Below are positions 51,701-64,000 of a stretch of 64,000 nt of DNA, in pieces. The notes under the pieces were generated by a model. It saw only the letters and a program-made list of their open reading frames with translations, was not told the DNA's origin and made no database searches. The stretch is taken from assembly GCA_030141605.1 (NCBI GenBank), contig JAQGDQ010000029.1, positions 1,000,321-1,064,320 of the forward strand, written 5' to 3'. This DNA is from Tubiluchus corallicola. Its lineage: Eukaryota; Animalia; Priapulida. A program made the translations under genes and the position numbers. The number at the start of each line of letters is the position of its first letter. Positions within the stretch are counted from its first letter, which is position 1.

Positions 51701-54700
51701 TATGAATTTGTAAAACGAGGAAAGTATGATCTGTTAAACGAAGTTTTTGACATCAGAAAAGAGAATGGTGAACAGAAAGTTATATCATCTTAAGACTGAA
51801 AGCAAAGGACAGATTGGGTGTACAACTGGAACGGCTGCAAGTTCCAAGACTATCCATCCATCCATCCAAAAGAAGAAAAATTGCCTTTTGAGACAATTTC
51901 AACAACAGCAACAGCTACACCAATAGCAACAGAATCAACTTCTGAATCAGAGACAGAGAGTGAATATGAAGAATCTGATAATCCAGTAGAAGCAGCAAAT
52001 ATTTGTCAACAGTTATCTCAAGATGGAATTAACATTGAAACACCTTCACAATCTGGCAGTTACAAATCCACTATTAAAGAAGCTGCTAAACCTAAAGAGG
52101 ATATGAAGAAAATACTGCACTTAGAAAACTGGTCATTGCATTTTGTTGGTAAGTATATAGACAACTAAGAATATCAAGTGCTAGTTTTGAAGAATGAACA
52201 AAGAGAAGTTAAGTTAGAAGCACTAAGTCTACCAAATGGAAAAGCAGATACTGTTGTCAAAGTTATAACAGCTGTCCTTGATAAATACAATTTGTGGAAA
52301 AATATAAAGATGACTGTTGCAGACACTACAAGTGTAAACACTGGAAGAAGGAATGGGATTGTCATTCAGTTACAAAGGCTGTTTGCTCAAAAGGAATTGG
52401 AAGAACCACAATTCGTCAACATCATGTTTTTGACCGAGTGCTTCATGTAGTAATGGATGACAAGCTTGGAGGAAACAAAACATCGCCCAACATTGAATAC
52501 CCATTTATCCAGGAACTTATAAAAACTATGAAAAGCTCAGGATGAATTTTAAGAATGGCAAAGATGAAATAACTGAAACAGCTGGATGGCGTGATGATAT
52601 GAAGTTTCTATTTCATTTAACTCGAATTTTTCGGTTTTTAGAAGAAACTGTAAGATTTCCTAAAGTAAAGTTTCAAAAAACTTGAATTTAAGTAATGCCA
52701 GGCGGAATTCTCGAGCAATATTAGCTCTTTTGGCATTTATTCTTCTACCAGAAAGAAGAGACTCACTACTTGAAGTTTGTAGATTCATCTCTTACAGTCA
52801 GGCAGATCATTGGTTTTCTGACCAAATCTAGAACGCAAATGATTATCAACAGCTATGTAGCCGCTTGCAGGTTTGTGAAAAAGCATTAAACTCTGTAAAG
52901 AAGTTTTGGAATCAAAAGCCATCAAGACGGCAAATTCCAAGAACAAATCAATGTGCAGAATGGTCAATAAAATTCCTTCAAGATCTTTATGACATCTGTA
53001 AAAAACCAAGAGAAACTTCAGCTCAGATTTATTCTACCTAACAAAATATAATAATTATGATATATTTTACTTAAAAACTCCGCAATGTTCTTGGTTGTAA
53101 TATACCGTAGCTATTCAGTAATCAGTCATACTTGTAGCTAAAATTGATATGTAAGTTTGCAGTTTTGCATTTATTTCTGCTTTTGTATGTTTTTATAATT
53201 AATATTATCCAGTTACATCTTTAAAAGTGAGAAAATAAACCTTTTAAAATGTTTCAAGATTTTTATCCTATACTCAATATGGTAGATCAAATTTTTGGTT
53301 TGGGGGTGACCTTTTTTGAAAATAAAATGAAATTAATGCCTTTTTTGTTAGTTTTGGACAAAAGTTAATAGATTTATAACACAGGAACATGGGGTTACAA
53401 AATGTCATAGCTCTAATGATTTGATCACAGTTAAAAAGAAAGAGGTAGACTAGTTAATCATAACAAGGTTTATTAGTATGACTGATATTTCGGGAAACTG
53501 ATGTTCTTTTCATTGGATTACATAAAATTAATCATATAATTCGAGATTTAAATGACATTCTGGAATTCTATGTGATTAATTATAATTATGTAGCCCGATG
53601 ATGGGAGCAGTGGTTTCCCAAAATATCGTTAATACTGATAAAACTCATTGTTGTTAACTACCTCTTTATTTTGATCATGGATACACTACACCACTTATCC
53701 ATTTTTAAAATCACCACACTTATTGAACTTTGTATGATGTAATATTTGTTATTACACTGTTCCTTTTGGAACACTCTGTAGAATGCACGTAAAATAGCTT
53801 GAGTGCGGTAATGTGAGTAGTGAGTACTTTCGCAGTCAATTTGACGAAAAAATTGCAAGCTTTCGTTCTTGGACAAATATGTCACCTGCCCATACATTCT
53901 TAATGAGACAGTAAAGGTCTCGCAGAAACAGATAGGGCCTACCTTTCATAACACACTTACTTCAGTTCCAGCAACAGTTTTCTAAATGTTGGTTTAGGCA
54001 AACTTCTTGGTACCTTATAGCCTGCAAGGTTAAACATGTCTCGGGCCATGTCGGAATTGATACTATATCGATTTAGAGTCAACCTAAAGTAAAAAGACGG
54101 CATTAATAACATATGTTCACACGAAGAACAGCTCTAAATCACTGCGTACCTAAAACACATCTTAAACATTTTAGTTTTTTGTACATTTGGACAAACCCAA
54201 GGTCGAAATCCAGCAATAAGTAGCTGCAGAGTGTCATCGATGTGGATGTTTAACCGTAATCTGATTCATTATCAAGGACAAGTCTCCAAAATGCGCCACT
54301 GAACCAGCAAGCGTCTCTTAGTTACATTAAGATTATATACATCCTCCTTCCGCAAGATGAACAGCACTAGAGTTAATATTGCAAATTAAACCACTCAGAG
54401 CGAGTGCTGAACCCACTTTGAGTGCTCGCGTAATACAAATCGTTAGTCAGTTTAACGCATTCATAATTTGTTTTTTTCTAGAACACAAGGATTGTAATTA
54501 GATTAATACCCTGGTGACGTGTTAACCTCCAGTAGCCATGGTTTCAGCTTGTTGTCCAACATGATGTCATATCCGATTATTCGTGACAAGAAATGTTTTT
54601 CGCGTAAGTATTGGTCAAGTGATGAATTTTAGATTCTGCGCTGCAAAGCAAATGGCATGAGAAAAAACATTAGGAAACTCTAATCCTTATTTGCAAAATA

Positions 54701-57700
54701 ACTATTAATTCTTAGAAATTGTTAATTAAGAAAGCAGGTCGGGTGCCGTAAGACCTGCAATATGACTTGTTAAACAAAACAAAAATTAAGAGTTTAGACA
54801 TTTTTGTGATTCCATACAAGCTATGTACAAAAACACAAGAACTAAGTGTATTATAATTTTACCAATATAAATTTAGGCCTATAGTACTTATATTGCACTT
54901 AGCACGTGCAACAACAGCACATTATATGACAGTTTTCAAATTGTTGCTATTCGATTTCGATTGCTAGGCTGGCAAACTGGCATCAGCCATACGAAAGACT
55001 ATTGCCAATTTCCTACTGAACAATATGTGCATTGGTATAATCTAATAGACGCGACATAGCAGAAGGCCTAATACAGTAGTATGATTTTGTCATGGTTTCT
55101 CAGTTATATTGAAAGAATTACCTTAGAAAATGTTTTATTACTAGGTCCTTATTTCTTCCCAAATAACGTCTGCACGAATGCCTCGAGATTCAAAGTAATG
55201 CCATAAAGTTTTCAAGCTCCTAAAAATACACTTAAAATTTTAGACGTCAATGAAGACTACAAGTTAGAAGCATAAAAGAAGTGAAAAAATTCTGTACTTT
55301 TATATACAGTTGACCTGAAAGGAAATTTGAAATAAGCTAACTGCATTAAAAAGGGGAAAATGGAATTTTAAAGTGCGTCCCAGACAACCTTTTACACAGA
55401 GTTGTATTACTTAGTATTATGCTTGCCTGTTTGGAGGGCTTGTGTAAGTGGAAGAGAAAATTCTTAGTAATTTAAAAAGTTCATGCCAACTTGCAAAATG
55501 TCACTGATACACCTTCTGTGCACCACAGATTCACCAAAAAAGAGTATTTTTACTCTTACTGACTAGACACATTAATTTATACTTTTGCTTAGTTTGTGTG
55601 GTGTGTGCTAAGAATAAATTTTATCATTTTTTCAAACTTTATACGATGTTACTTTATGCAAACTTGTTTCAAACGACCTACCGCCGAGATGGCTGTGCCT
55701 ACCGCGGGAGATTAAACGTTCGCGTTTTATACAGCCTTACTGCTAACAGAAGCTCCGTGCGCAGTAAGGCAGTACGTAGGTGATACAAAATTAATTACAA
55801 GGTGATTTTTAACTTTATGAAAGTTAGGGGTTTATGAAAGCTTTATGAAAGTTAAGACCTACCATTTGTGCGGTGTTTCTCCAATATTTGTAAACCTTTC
55901 ATAATATGCTGGATTGTATTCATTTATGTCAACATTGGTCAGGTGCATGAAAGCATCATCTAAATCATTAGTTCCGCTGCGATACCTGAAAAAATACAAA
56001 CAAAAACAATGACAACAACAAAAGAATAAACGTCATCTGCCTCTGTTGCTGTTGAATTGCCACCAACTTGCTCACACATCACAAAAGCGATACATGGTTG
56101 TTCTTGCTTTGTTTAATCCAAGCTGCATAACAACAATCCCAAAAACCAAACAATAACATTGCTTTTACTCTGTGTCCGATTCCAAATTGTAAACGAAAGG
56201 TTTTTCTTTATCCAATCCGAGAAACCAAACAATAAAACTGCTCTTGCTCTGTTCAAACCCACAAACCAAACAGTGGGCTTGTCCTTGCCCTATCCAGTCC
56301 CAAAACTGAATAACAGGATTGTTCTTGCACTTGTCAAACCCAGAAACCAAACAACATTGTTCTTGTTCTTTCCAATCTCAGAAACCAAACAGTATGATTA
56401 TAATTTTTTCTTTGTTCAAACAATATTGTTGTTCTTTCTTTGTTCAGTCTCAAAAACCACACAATGAGCTTCAGATGCAAAAAACAATGATGTTCCATAT
56501 CTCGCGTACATTGCACCTCATCACAACACACAACTATCAACAGTTTTGTACCCACAGAGCCAAAAAAAGAAAGAGAAAAAAGATGCTACCAGAAACTGAA
56601 TACTTTTGTATAGCTTACAATATAGTTATTGTATCTTACATAAATGATACATTCGTCAAAGAAAAGAAAAAAGAGTGGCTGAAAGATGGAAAAGAGGAAC
56701 GACAGAGAAGATAGCAGTGTTTGTCAGTTATGTCAAAAATCTGTCATAACGAATATGTAAGCATACCTTTTTGTTGCAAATTTCACAGCTCCAGAGTTGT
56801 GCAAGTAGATCCTCAACGGTTCTATTGATGACACGTACACGTACAATCGCAAATCAAATTTACGTCCTCTGATAAGGTATGGCTTCGTTATGTACCTGGT
56901 GGCGAAAAAAAGCAACCTGATTGATGTACAGAAGAACAGCATGTTCAGTCAGAAATTGTGTTAGCAAATTATCAAATTAAACCAAACCACAAGGCACTGG
57001 AATGTCGTAACTTTTGTATAGTAAGATGGACACACCTTTGAACAACTGCTCGTTTGTACGGCACTTCTGTCAAATGGGTGATTACCTTAATGCCTCGGCC
57101 TGCCGACAACTTGGGCTGTAAAATATTTAAATACCAAAAACATCAGAAAATGTAGTAATCAAACTAATACAATTTTATTTCTGCCCTATTACGAATTCTA
57201 AGGAAATACAGTCAACGCTGACTGAGCTTGTTCATTCTGATAAGTTGGGCTGTAAACCATTTAGATATAAAAATGCCAGGAAATAAGACAGTGGCTTGGT
57301 GTTGATGATTGATAACAATTTGTTACGAAATCAGTAGTGTTTGGGAAGGGTTTTTCTTGGGTCTGTTGGTTTGGTAACTTTGGTTCCGTTCATTTCAGGT
57401 TAAAACTTCAAATGCTGCTCTTAAGAGGCCGATGCAAAAGTTATGCCTGTTGGAAAAGCTGTTTGCATTTTTCTAACTTTTCTTTAATAGATATGTTCAA
57501 ATTTATATCAGATATGTATATGTTCTAGTTGTGTTGCTTATTCTGGAATTATTGAAGCGTATTAAGCAGCATGGTCGAACACTCTAGCTATACAGCTACA
57601 TACTACTATTTGTACAAACCGGTTTCATGATCCACAATTTATTTGGATGATTTGTCACAAACGTTTGATATTCTTTCAGTTCTCCTGGTAAAATGAAGGT

Positions 57701-60700
57701 TAGGGGCATGAAGTTAAATTCTTCTGGTCCAAACTTGGAACGCATCGCTTTGTAGTTCCTCCACAAAATATCCTTGCGCATGTTTTCTCCAGGAAAATGG
57801 TCATACTGTAAATAAGATCTATGTTTTATATACACAAACAGTAACATGTACAATAGACCAGAAAAAATGATATCTACTCAATTAGTAAACGTAAAGTGCT
57901 ACAAAACGACATATTCCTCTGGTGTGGACAAGCCAAAATCACGATAAATGATATTATTATTATTTTGAATAAAGATTTATTATTTCGCGTGCAGTTTTGT
58001 ATCTAGATGCATTGCACATCTGCATGGTGTAGCAACACAACCTAATACGTTGCTATACTATGTAAGAGGTGTCAGGAAATGATCGCCTCCCACTCACTAT
58101 ACAGAAAAAACTGAAAGGAATAGATAAAAACTGGCAAAACTGAAAGAAAGTTAATTTTCAGTAAAAAGCACCTATCCTAATGTAGTGTGGCACGGCTCAG
58201 CTTAAGGGGTATGATGTTAGGTTAACGTGCCACCTATCATTGACTTCTGCAACTAACTTTATTTTACTTTATTTTTACATAAAAAAATGTTGGGTTCAGC
58301 TTTGACATTATCTTGAGGCTATTTGTAATTCAACTTTAAACTGAGTAAAAGCAACAACAAGTGAACTAAGATTAAAAATAATATATTTTATTGGCTTTGT
58401 TATAAAATACAGATCATTTTAGTTAGGTGAAATCCACAGTCATCAAAACTGATCTTGTTTCCAGTTAAAGAAATCTTCTACAGCAATTGGTCATGCAAAG
58501 AATGCTAGAAAAAATGCACTAGAATGCTAGTCCAGGTTTCAGTAAGATTAAGCAGTTGCAATTTTCATGCCAATCCTGTGTATATGTACTATGTTCCTGT
58601 TCCACATTTAACTAAAAGTGAGCAAAACTATGATCCAGTCTCTTCTTTCACTTATTTGTATAAGATCTCGAATAACCCCGGATCAATAGCTAGCTGACTT
58701 GTAATCTGCAACTTTTTTTCAAGTGGAACTTTATATTTTTGCTGATTCAGTCCAAATTATTTTTCTGCTTTTGCATAGTTTGTTAGCTTTTAGCTAGATA
58801 TCTGGAACTCTTAATTGTGCAGCTCTTTCAATTCTGCAACTCTTTACAATTCGGGAACTCTTTCAATTCTGCAACTCTTTTCAATTCTGGAACTCGTTTA
58901 ATTCTGGAACTCTTTTAATTCTGCAACTCTTTTCAATTCTGCAACTCTTTTAATTCTGCAACTCTTTTCAATTCTGCAACTCTTTTAATTCTGCAACTCT
59001 TTTCAATTCTGGAACTCTTTTAATTCTGCAATTCACTTTAATTCTGGAACTCCTTTTAATTCTGGAACTCTTTTAATTCTGGAACTTTTGTAATTTCAGG
59101 AACTTTCTGCAACTCTTTTCAATTCTGCAACTCTTTTAATTCCAGGAACTTTCTGCAGCTCTTTTAATTGCAGGAACTTTCTGGAACTCTTTTGATCTTG
59201 AATTTTCCTGGAACTCTCAGCAACTCTTAAATCTAAACACTTTCTGGAACTCTTTTTGTCTCTGCAACTGCTTTAATCCTGGAACCCTTTTCTAGCTTGT
59301 CTTTTGGTTTCTAGAACCTAGTGTTTCTGGAACTGTTTTCTAGGTTCTAGATTCCTGACACATCCTAGCTGGTTTTGAAAGCTAGCTTTATCTAGTAAGT
59401 TAACACTTACTTCTCATCCTGCTTCTCTTCCATTGGTTATGAATGTTTATTTGCTGCAACTCTTTATCACTTTGAAAGTGTTTGGATGTGTGTGGTCAAT
59501 GCCCTGGTAGTTATCAGGGCCATGAGTAGACTGGGGAAGGATTCTTGTTGGTTTCTCAATAGGAATGGTGTTGTGATTGATTTCTTCAAAAACTGATTCT
59601 GGGTTTTTGGCAATAAGAAGCGAAAAGAATTTAAAAAAACACATTGAAAAGAGAAAATGCAATTTATACATGGTAAGTCCAGTCTTGTAAGCAGAAGGTC
59701 ACTGGTTCAAACACAGGCTGCACTCCAACCTTCCTGTATTTTAGGTTTGAAATCAATATTGAATCAGGTTTGGTTTCGACATTTAATTAATTATTGTGTG
59801 TTTGTGCCGCCAATCCAACCACAATTTTATTTCTTAGTAGATTCATCAACTTAGTCATAATATTGTAACGCCGGCGAGTCCTCACCGCAGGGGATAGTAG
59901 CAGGTCAGTTCGAATACAGGCTTTCTGGAGGCCAAGGGTCTTGGTTCAATACTGTAAATCGTGCCATTGTGTAGAAATTGAGAGTTTGCGTTGGTGCTTT
60001 GTAGAAAAGTGAACTGGAAACAGAGCCATTAAAGGGAATGCTAAAAGATATGCCACTAACTGATCTTGCGTCTTCCATACTCCTTGAACTACGGAACAGG
60101 TGCTTAGACGGTATACAAGCACCTGTCCATTTGCCTGCTGAATCAACGAGGCCATTCCATATTAACAGTTTTATACCTGCTACGCAACACTGTCATGCAA
60201 TAGCTTCGTGGATCGATGCTTCATGATATAGAGGTAGTGGGTGAAAATAAAATGTTTTTTGCGATTATGGACAATGATTTCTTTAAAACATCATGCAAAA
60301 TATATTTTTTGGTTACAAGTTATGCAGTATTTTTTCAAAGATATTTCGTAAAGCGACGCTTTCTTTATGATGTTGTATTTTTTAAAATGACATTGTGATG
60401 TCACCTTACGGTTAAAATTCGTTGAGACTTAGGCCTAATAAGTGGTGTAATTCAGGGGTTTTCCTGATAGTCTTTGCCCCTTTTGATGCTACGTTTAGTT
60501 TCTTAACCCATTTTATTATTGATTATTGGTTAACTCATTATTGATTATATCCTATACGTAGTTGCTAAAGATAGCTTCAGTATGTAAATTGACTATATCT
60601 ATCAACTTATTGCCTTCGTTGAACCGGCAAAAAGTACTGTAACCAAAAAACCCTATGTACGATGTTTGTGCACATTAGGTTATTAATGCATTTGTGAGTA

Positions 60701-63552
60701 AATATGTTGTGGGGCTTCGCTGTTAATAAAAGTAATCCACATTGACGTGTAGCTCAGTTCGTCCTCTTTCCAAGGAGCTAGAAAACTCCCTCCAGACACC
60801 TCAAGAAGTGCCAATGAACCTTTTAGGTTTAGCCTCGTTCACTACTGTTTTGTCTTGTTCACTTCTGTTTTGCCTCGTTCATTACTCTGTTTTATCTCAT
60901 TCACTACTGTTTTGTCTAGTTCACGTCTGTTTATATCGTCCATTTCTATTGTGTCTCGTTCACTTATGTTTTATCTCGTTCACATCTGTTTGGCCTCTTT
61001 CACTTCTGTTTCGTCTCGTCTATTTCTATGTTGTCTTGTTCACTTCTGTTTGTCTTTTTCACTGCTGTTTTATTTTGTTCGCTTCTGTATTGTCTTGATC
61101 ACTTCTGATTTGATTTGCTCACTTCTGTTTTGTCTCTTCCATTTCTATTTTGTCTCGTTCACTTCTATTTTGCCTCGTTCTTTTCTGTTTTGTCTCTTTG
61201 ACTTCTGTTTTACCTCATTCACTGCAGTTTTGCCACGTTCACTTCCCCTTTGTCTCATTCACTTCTATTTTGATTAGTTCACTTCTGTTTTGCCTCTTTC
61301 ACGTCTGTTTTGCTTCATTCGCTTCTGTTTTGATCCCTTCATTTCACTGTTTGCACCCTCCAACATCTTTATAGTCTTTTTTGTTTCAAATTCGATTCCT
61401 TTATTTGCTGCTTATGTTGTTTAACTCTGTTTTAATTATTTTGCTCCTGTTTGTTGTTTGCTCCAGAATTCCATATAATCTGGCTGGTTGTTGTGACACC
61501 AACATTGGTTTATTGACAAGGAGAATCCCAAGTCTCAGATAAGTCATTCAACTGGAAGAAGTATTTTAAATACATTGACGTGAGTTACACATTTTCCCGC
61601 AGTGAGGTAAATAGACGAGAGAAGCATGGCAGATAACCACCCAAAATTTTTAAGGAGGATCCACTCATTCATTTTGCTGACTACATTCAGCCTTGTTCAA
61701 GTTGATCGACAAATAAATGTAATGACCACTCGGCTATTCCTTTTGCACCAAGATTTAGTTAATGATTGCTTATCTCGTCAAAATGTGTACTCACTAACAC
61801 AAATGAAAACGTAGTGACTTTAGCCTCATCTAGCTGTGCGATAGTTCCCTTACCTTCTGGTAATACTTTAAGTGTCTATAGCTCTTGCTGCGTATTCGGT
61901 AACACCAGCAACCTAACCACCAATGGTCGAGCTCGTTTTCTAAAAGAAATGAAAAAACACAATACATGGCATCTAATCGTATTTAAGTGGGCACATGCTG
62001 GTTGCTTGAGAAAGTGCATACACAGCAGAAAATGAAAGGCACACAGCAAGATCAAAAGCAAGTAGTAAAAAATCAAAAGTGCACGGCAAAACAAGAAATT
62101 AAAAGTGCAAAATAAGACATCAGAAGTGCACAGTAAGACATCAAATGTACGCAGCAAAGATCAAGTGCACAGCGAAAAAAATCCACAACAAGAAATCAAA
62201 AGTGCAATGCAAGTTGAGTCACCGTCAGGCATGAAACAGCTGAAACAACAAAGTACACCCATAACCGGTTGCCAACGGTTGACACAAAAATCATCAAAAA
62301 GTTGATTTTAGTCAAATTGAATTTCAGAAAGATGGTATTGTGCTAGTTTTTAATGCTTTTTTATGCAATGTAGTTTTAATAGGTGCAGATAACTGGGCAT
62401 TAGCAGAAGAATCTATTGCAGTTCAAAGCCATCGAATTACATACTTACAGAAGTGTGATTGGTTTGTATCTGTGTTGAATTAAACGTAAAGCGAAGCTTT
62501 GCAGCTGCTTTGCAACAGGAATGTACATATAAGTACAATATATAGAAACAATGCAACATGCTATGACGTACACACCTACCAGTTAAATGAAAGTTGGAAT
62601 GCCAGAGAATAGCTTCTACAAGAGCTGACTCATTTCTCTTAATTTTAAATTTCAGAAATTTCTTCATGCACACAGGAATTTCGTCAGCTGTAAAAATGCA
62701 AAGAAACATCCGTTAGAGCGTTGTAAACATGGTACATTACATAGTCAAAAGGTCAAAGGCCAACATTAGGACTGGACATGATATACTGCGAGATTAAACG
62801 GTCAGATACCATTGTCACTGCTGGACGTGATGTATTCTGAGCTCACACGTCAAAGTTCAATGTTAGGAGTAGGAAACATGTGCATTACATGGTAAAAAGT
62901 CGATATCAGGCGTGAACATAATATATAGCGAGGTCAAAAAATCAAAATCAGCGGTCAAGATGTTACATGGTACATGGTACAAGAGGTTACATGGTATTTA
63001 AGATTTATTTGTCTGCCTATAGGAAATATATTTCAAAAATAAATAATGGAAAGTTACTAAAATTTTGCCTATTAAATTGTCTTTAAAAACTCTAGGACTA
63101 AATTGAAATGGTTAAAATTTTAATAGAATTTGAATAAATAAGGCTTGGGCTAAAGTTTTTGCTCTTTGATGAAATTGAACTAAGTTATATTTTGCCACTT
63201 TGTTCAGTCAAACATTTTACAATGCTGACATCCAGCTATTTTAATTAGTATTTCACAGGGTTTTAGGACTAGCAAAATGCGAAAGCTTGCGAATAAAAAT
63301 GGGAATGCACACCAAGTCATGTCATGCATTTTTTAAGTCCATTCAGTATAAACTACAAAACTAGTGATCCTAAAATAAGTACCACATGGATAATTTTACC
63401 TATTTGACCAGGTAAAGCGAAGTTGACTACAGGTATAACATTGGAGAAGAGACTGGGAATAAGTGCCGGAATTCTTCTCAGGCATACGTCTGCTAGTGAA
63501 GAATTGTCTGACTGACCAGAGGAAACGTCTTTCCATATTCTGCCATGGATTT
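48721..63552 (-). CDS. TTLL4: TTLL4-like tubulin-tyrosine-ligase-family protein; divergent, 5'-truncated by the window, two -1 frameshifts (pseudogene or assembly error)
   Basis: Exons (minus): 63552-63400, 62687-62580, 61939-61854, 57805-57620, 57115-57036, 56895-56767, 55985-55863, 55219-55122 (frameshift), 54640-54510 (frameshift), 54083-53961, 50272-50149, 49998-49788, 48755-48721. Motifs: PALIPSLF, WLGCW, HFPG, WIMKPP, KFDLRLYVYVSS, FMHLTN, GYDIMLD, KPWLLEVN, RDMFNLAG, and the TTLL4-type LTPADV...EDEYQRRGGFQRIFPS. Confidence 0.88.
51267..51394 (+). promoter_or_regulatory. Cluster of four perfect tripartite heat-shock elements plus a TATA-like box
   Basis: TTCtaGAAcaTTC 51267-51279; GAAttTTCtgGAA 51291-51303; GAActTTCtaGAA 51321-51333; GAActTTCtgGAA 51357-51369; TATGTAAG 51387-51394. 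Confidence 0.7.
51512..53051 (+). pseudogene. Transposase pseudogene with multiple frameshifts and stops
   Basis: Collinear fragments LWQNKLNFP, SLHF, ADTTSVNTGRRNG, QHHVFD, WRDDMKF, SNARRNSRAI, IPRTNQCAE; resembles the DTTxxNTG / CxHH type of hAT-like transposases (family recalled, not searched). Confidence 0.8.
56095..56465. repeat. Diverged ~40-bp minisatellite
   Basis: Recurrent AAACCAAACA...TTGTTCTTG blocks; explains the overlapping low-complexity ORFs here. Confidence 0.7.
58800..59340. repeat. 17-18-bp tandem repeat TTCTG[CG]AACTCTTTT(C)AA
   Basis: Near-perfect core at 58860-59090, degenerating toward both edges. Confidence 0.92.
59447..59615 (-). mobile_element. Possible internally deleted non-LTR retrotransposon RT fragment
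   Basis: TRILPQSTHGPDNYQGI...NTFKVI resembles the LINE RT N-terminal motif LIPK...PxNYRPI...TxYKL. Confidence 0.4.
60830..61340. repeat. 20-bp tandem repeat, about 25 diverged copies, consensus approx. GTTCACTTCTGTTTTGTCTC
   Basis: Clear 20-nt periodicity; source of the three overlapping hydrophobic ORFs at 60742-61374. Confidence 0.92.
62010..62210. repeat. Diverged ~20-bp A-rich minisatellite
   Basis: Recurrent AAAAGTGCA(CAGCAAGA) units. Confidence 0.55.
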
Positions 63553-64000
63553 CTGAAATCAAATTTCTTCTGTGAATTAATTTAAATTTACAAAAAGTAA
63601 GAACTCTCAAATGTATCTAAAAAATAACACTAATTTATCTTAGTTACGAACCTCAATTACGCGATAATCATTATTGATATTACAAATGGTTGAATTTCAT
63701 CCATTCTATAATAGTTCTATTTGTCAATAACGTAGTACAAATTGTTATATAAATTCGTGCAATTATAAGTAGATGAAGTATCCTGAGTTAACATTAATCG
63801 TATGCTATAGAATTTGTTCTGTTAACACAGATTAATTCTTAACGAGAAGAATAGTGACATCAAATGAAAAAATCCCACAATTAAAAGCAGAAATAACACA
63901 TATTTTCTAACTAGCATTGTAGTTCTTCTTTAGGTAGAAAAATGAGAAAAAATATAGGTTGTTCTATTACAAGTATTTCTATTAATTCCTGGTGAGTTTT

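Larger units (their letters stand above)
50959..53778 (+). mobile_element. Decayed DDE DNA transposon (hAT/hATm-like) in a TTLL4-like intron
   Basis: Inverted termini CAGGGTGTTCCAAAA (50959) and TTTTGGAACACTCTG (ending 53778); no clean TSD, so boundaries are tentative; contains a broken transposase. Confidence 0.65.

Noticed and set aside
59864-60317. TGTAAC...GTTACA-bounded segment resembling a solo LTR
   Set aside because: No target-site duplication (ATAT vs AGTT) and no PBS or PPT visible.
60742-61374. Three overlapping hydrophobic ORFs; CRISPR-like periodicity
   Set aside because: Products of a 20-bp tandem repeat with no unique spacers, in a eukaryotic intron.

Overview
AT-rich, intron-containing invertebrate (metazoan) genomic DNA. 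Hand-assembling exons from GT-AG sites and intron phases gives four genes. (1) Rap1GAP, + strand, 138-20369, with the Asn-thumb motif KRHIGND. (2) NAD kinase, - strand, 41103-23409, convergent with Rap1GAP. (3) An ENOSF1/L-fuconate dehydratase homolog with an intronless CDS, - strand, 44234-42882. (4) A divergent TTLL4-like ligase, - strand, whose 5' end lies beyond the window and which has two 1-nt frameshifts. The window also holds a decayed hAT-like transposase, two MITEs and several minisatellites. Best leads: a modular Rap1GAP N-terminus (transmembrane first exon, MVCC first exon, two 87-nt GoLoco exons); a TTLL4 paralog with ATP/Mg residues kept but the glutamate pocket remodelled; four perfect heat-shock elements in front of the transposase; and alternative NADK first exons. 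Reference motifs are recalled from memory and no search was run. Most short ORFs in the supplied track are spurious.
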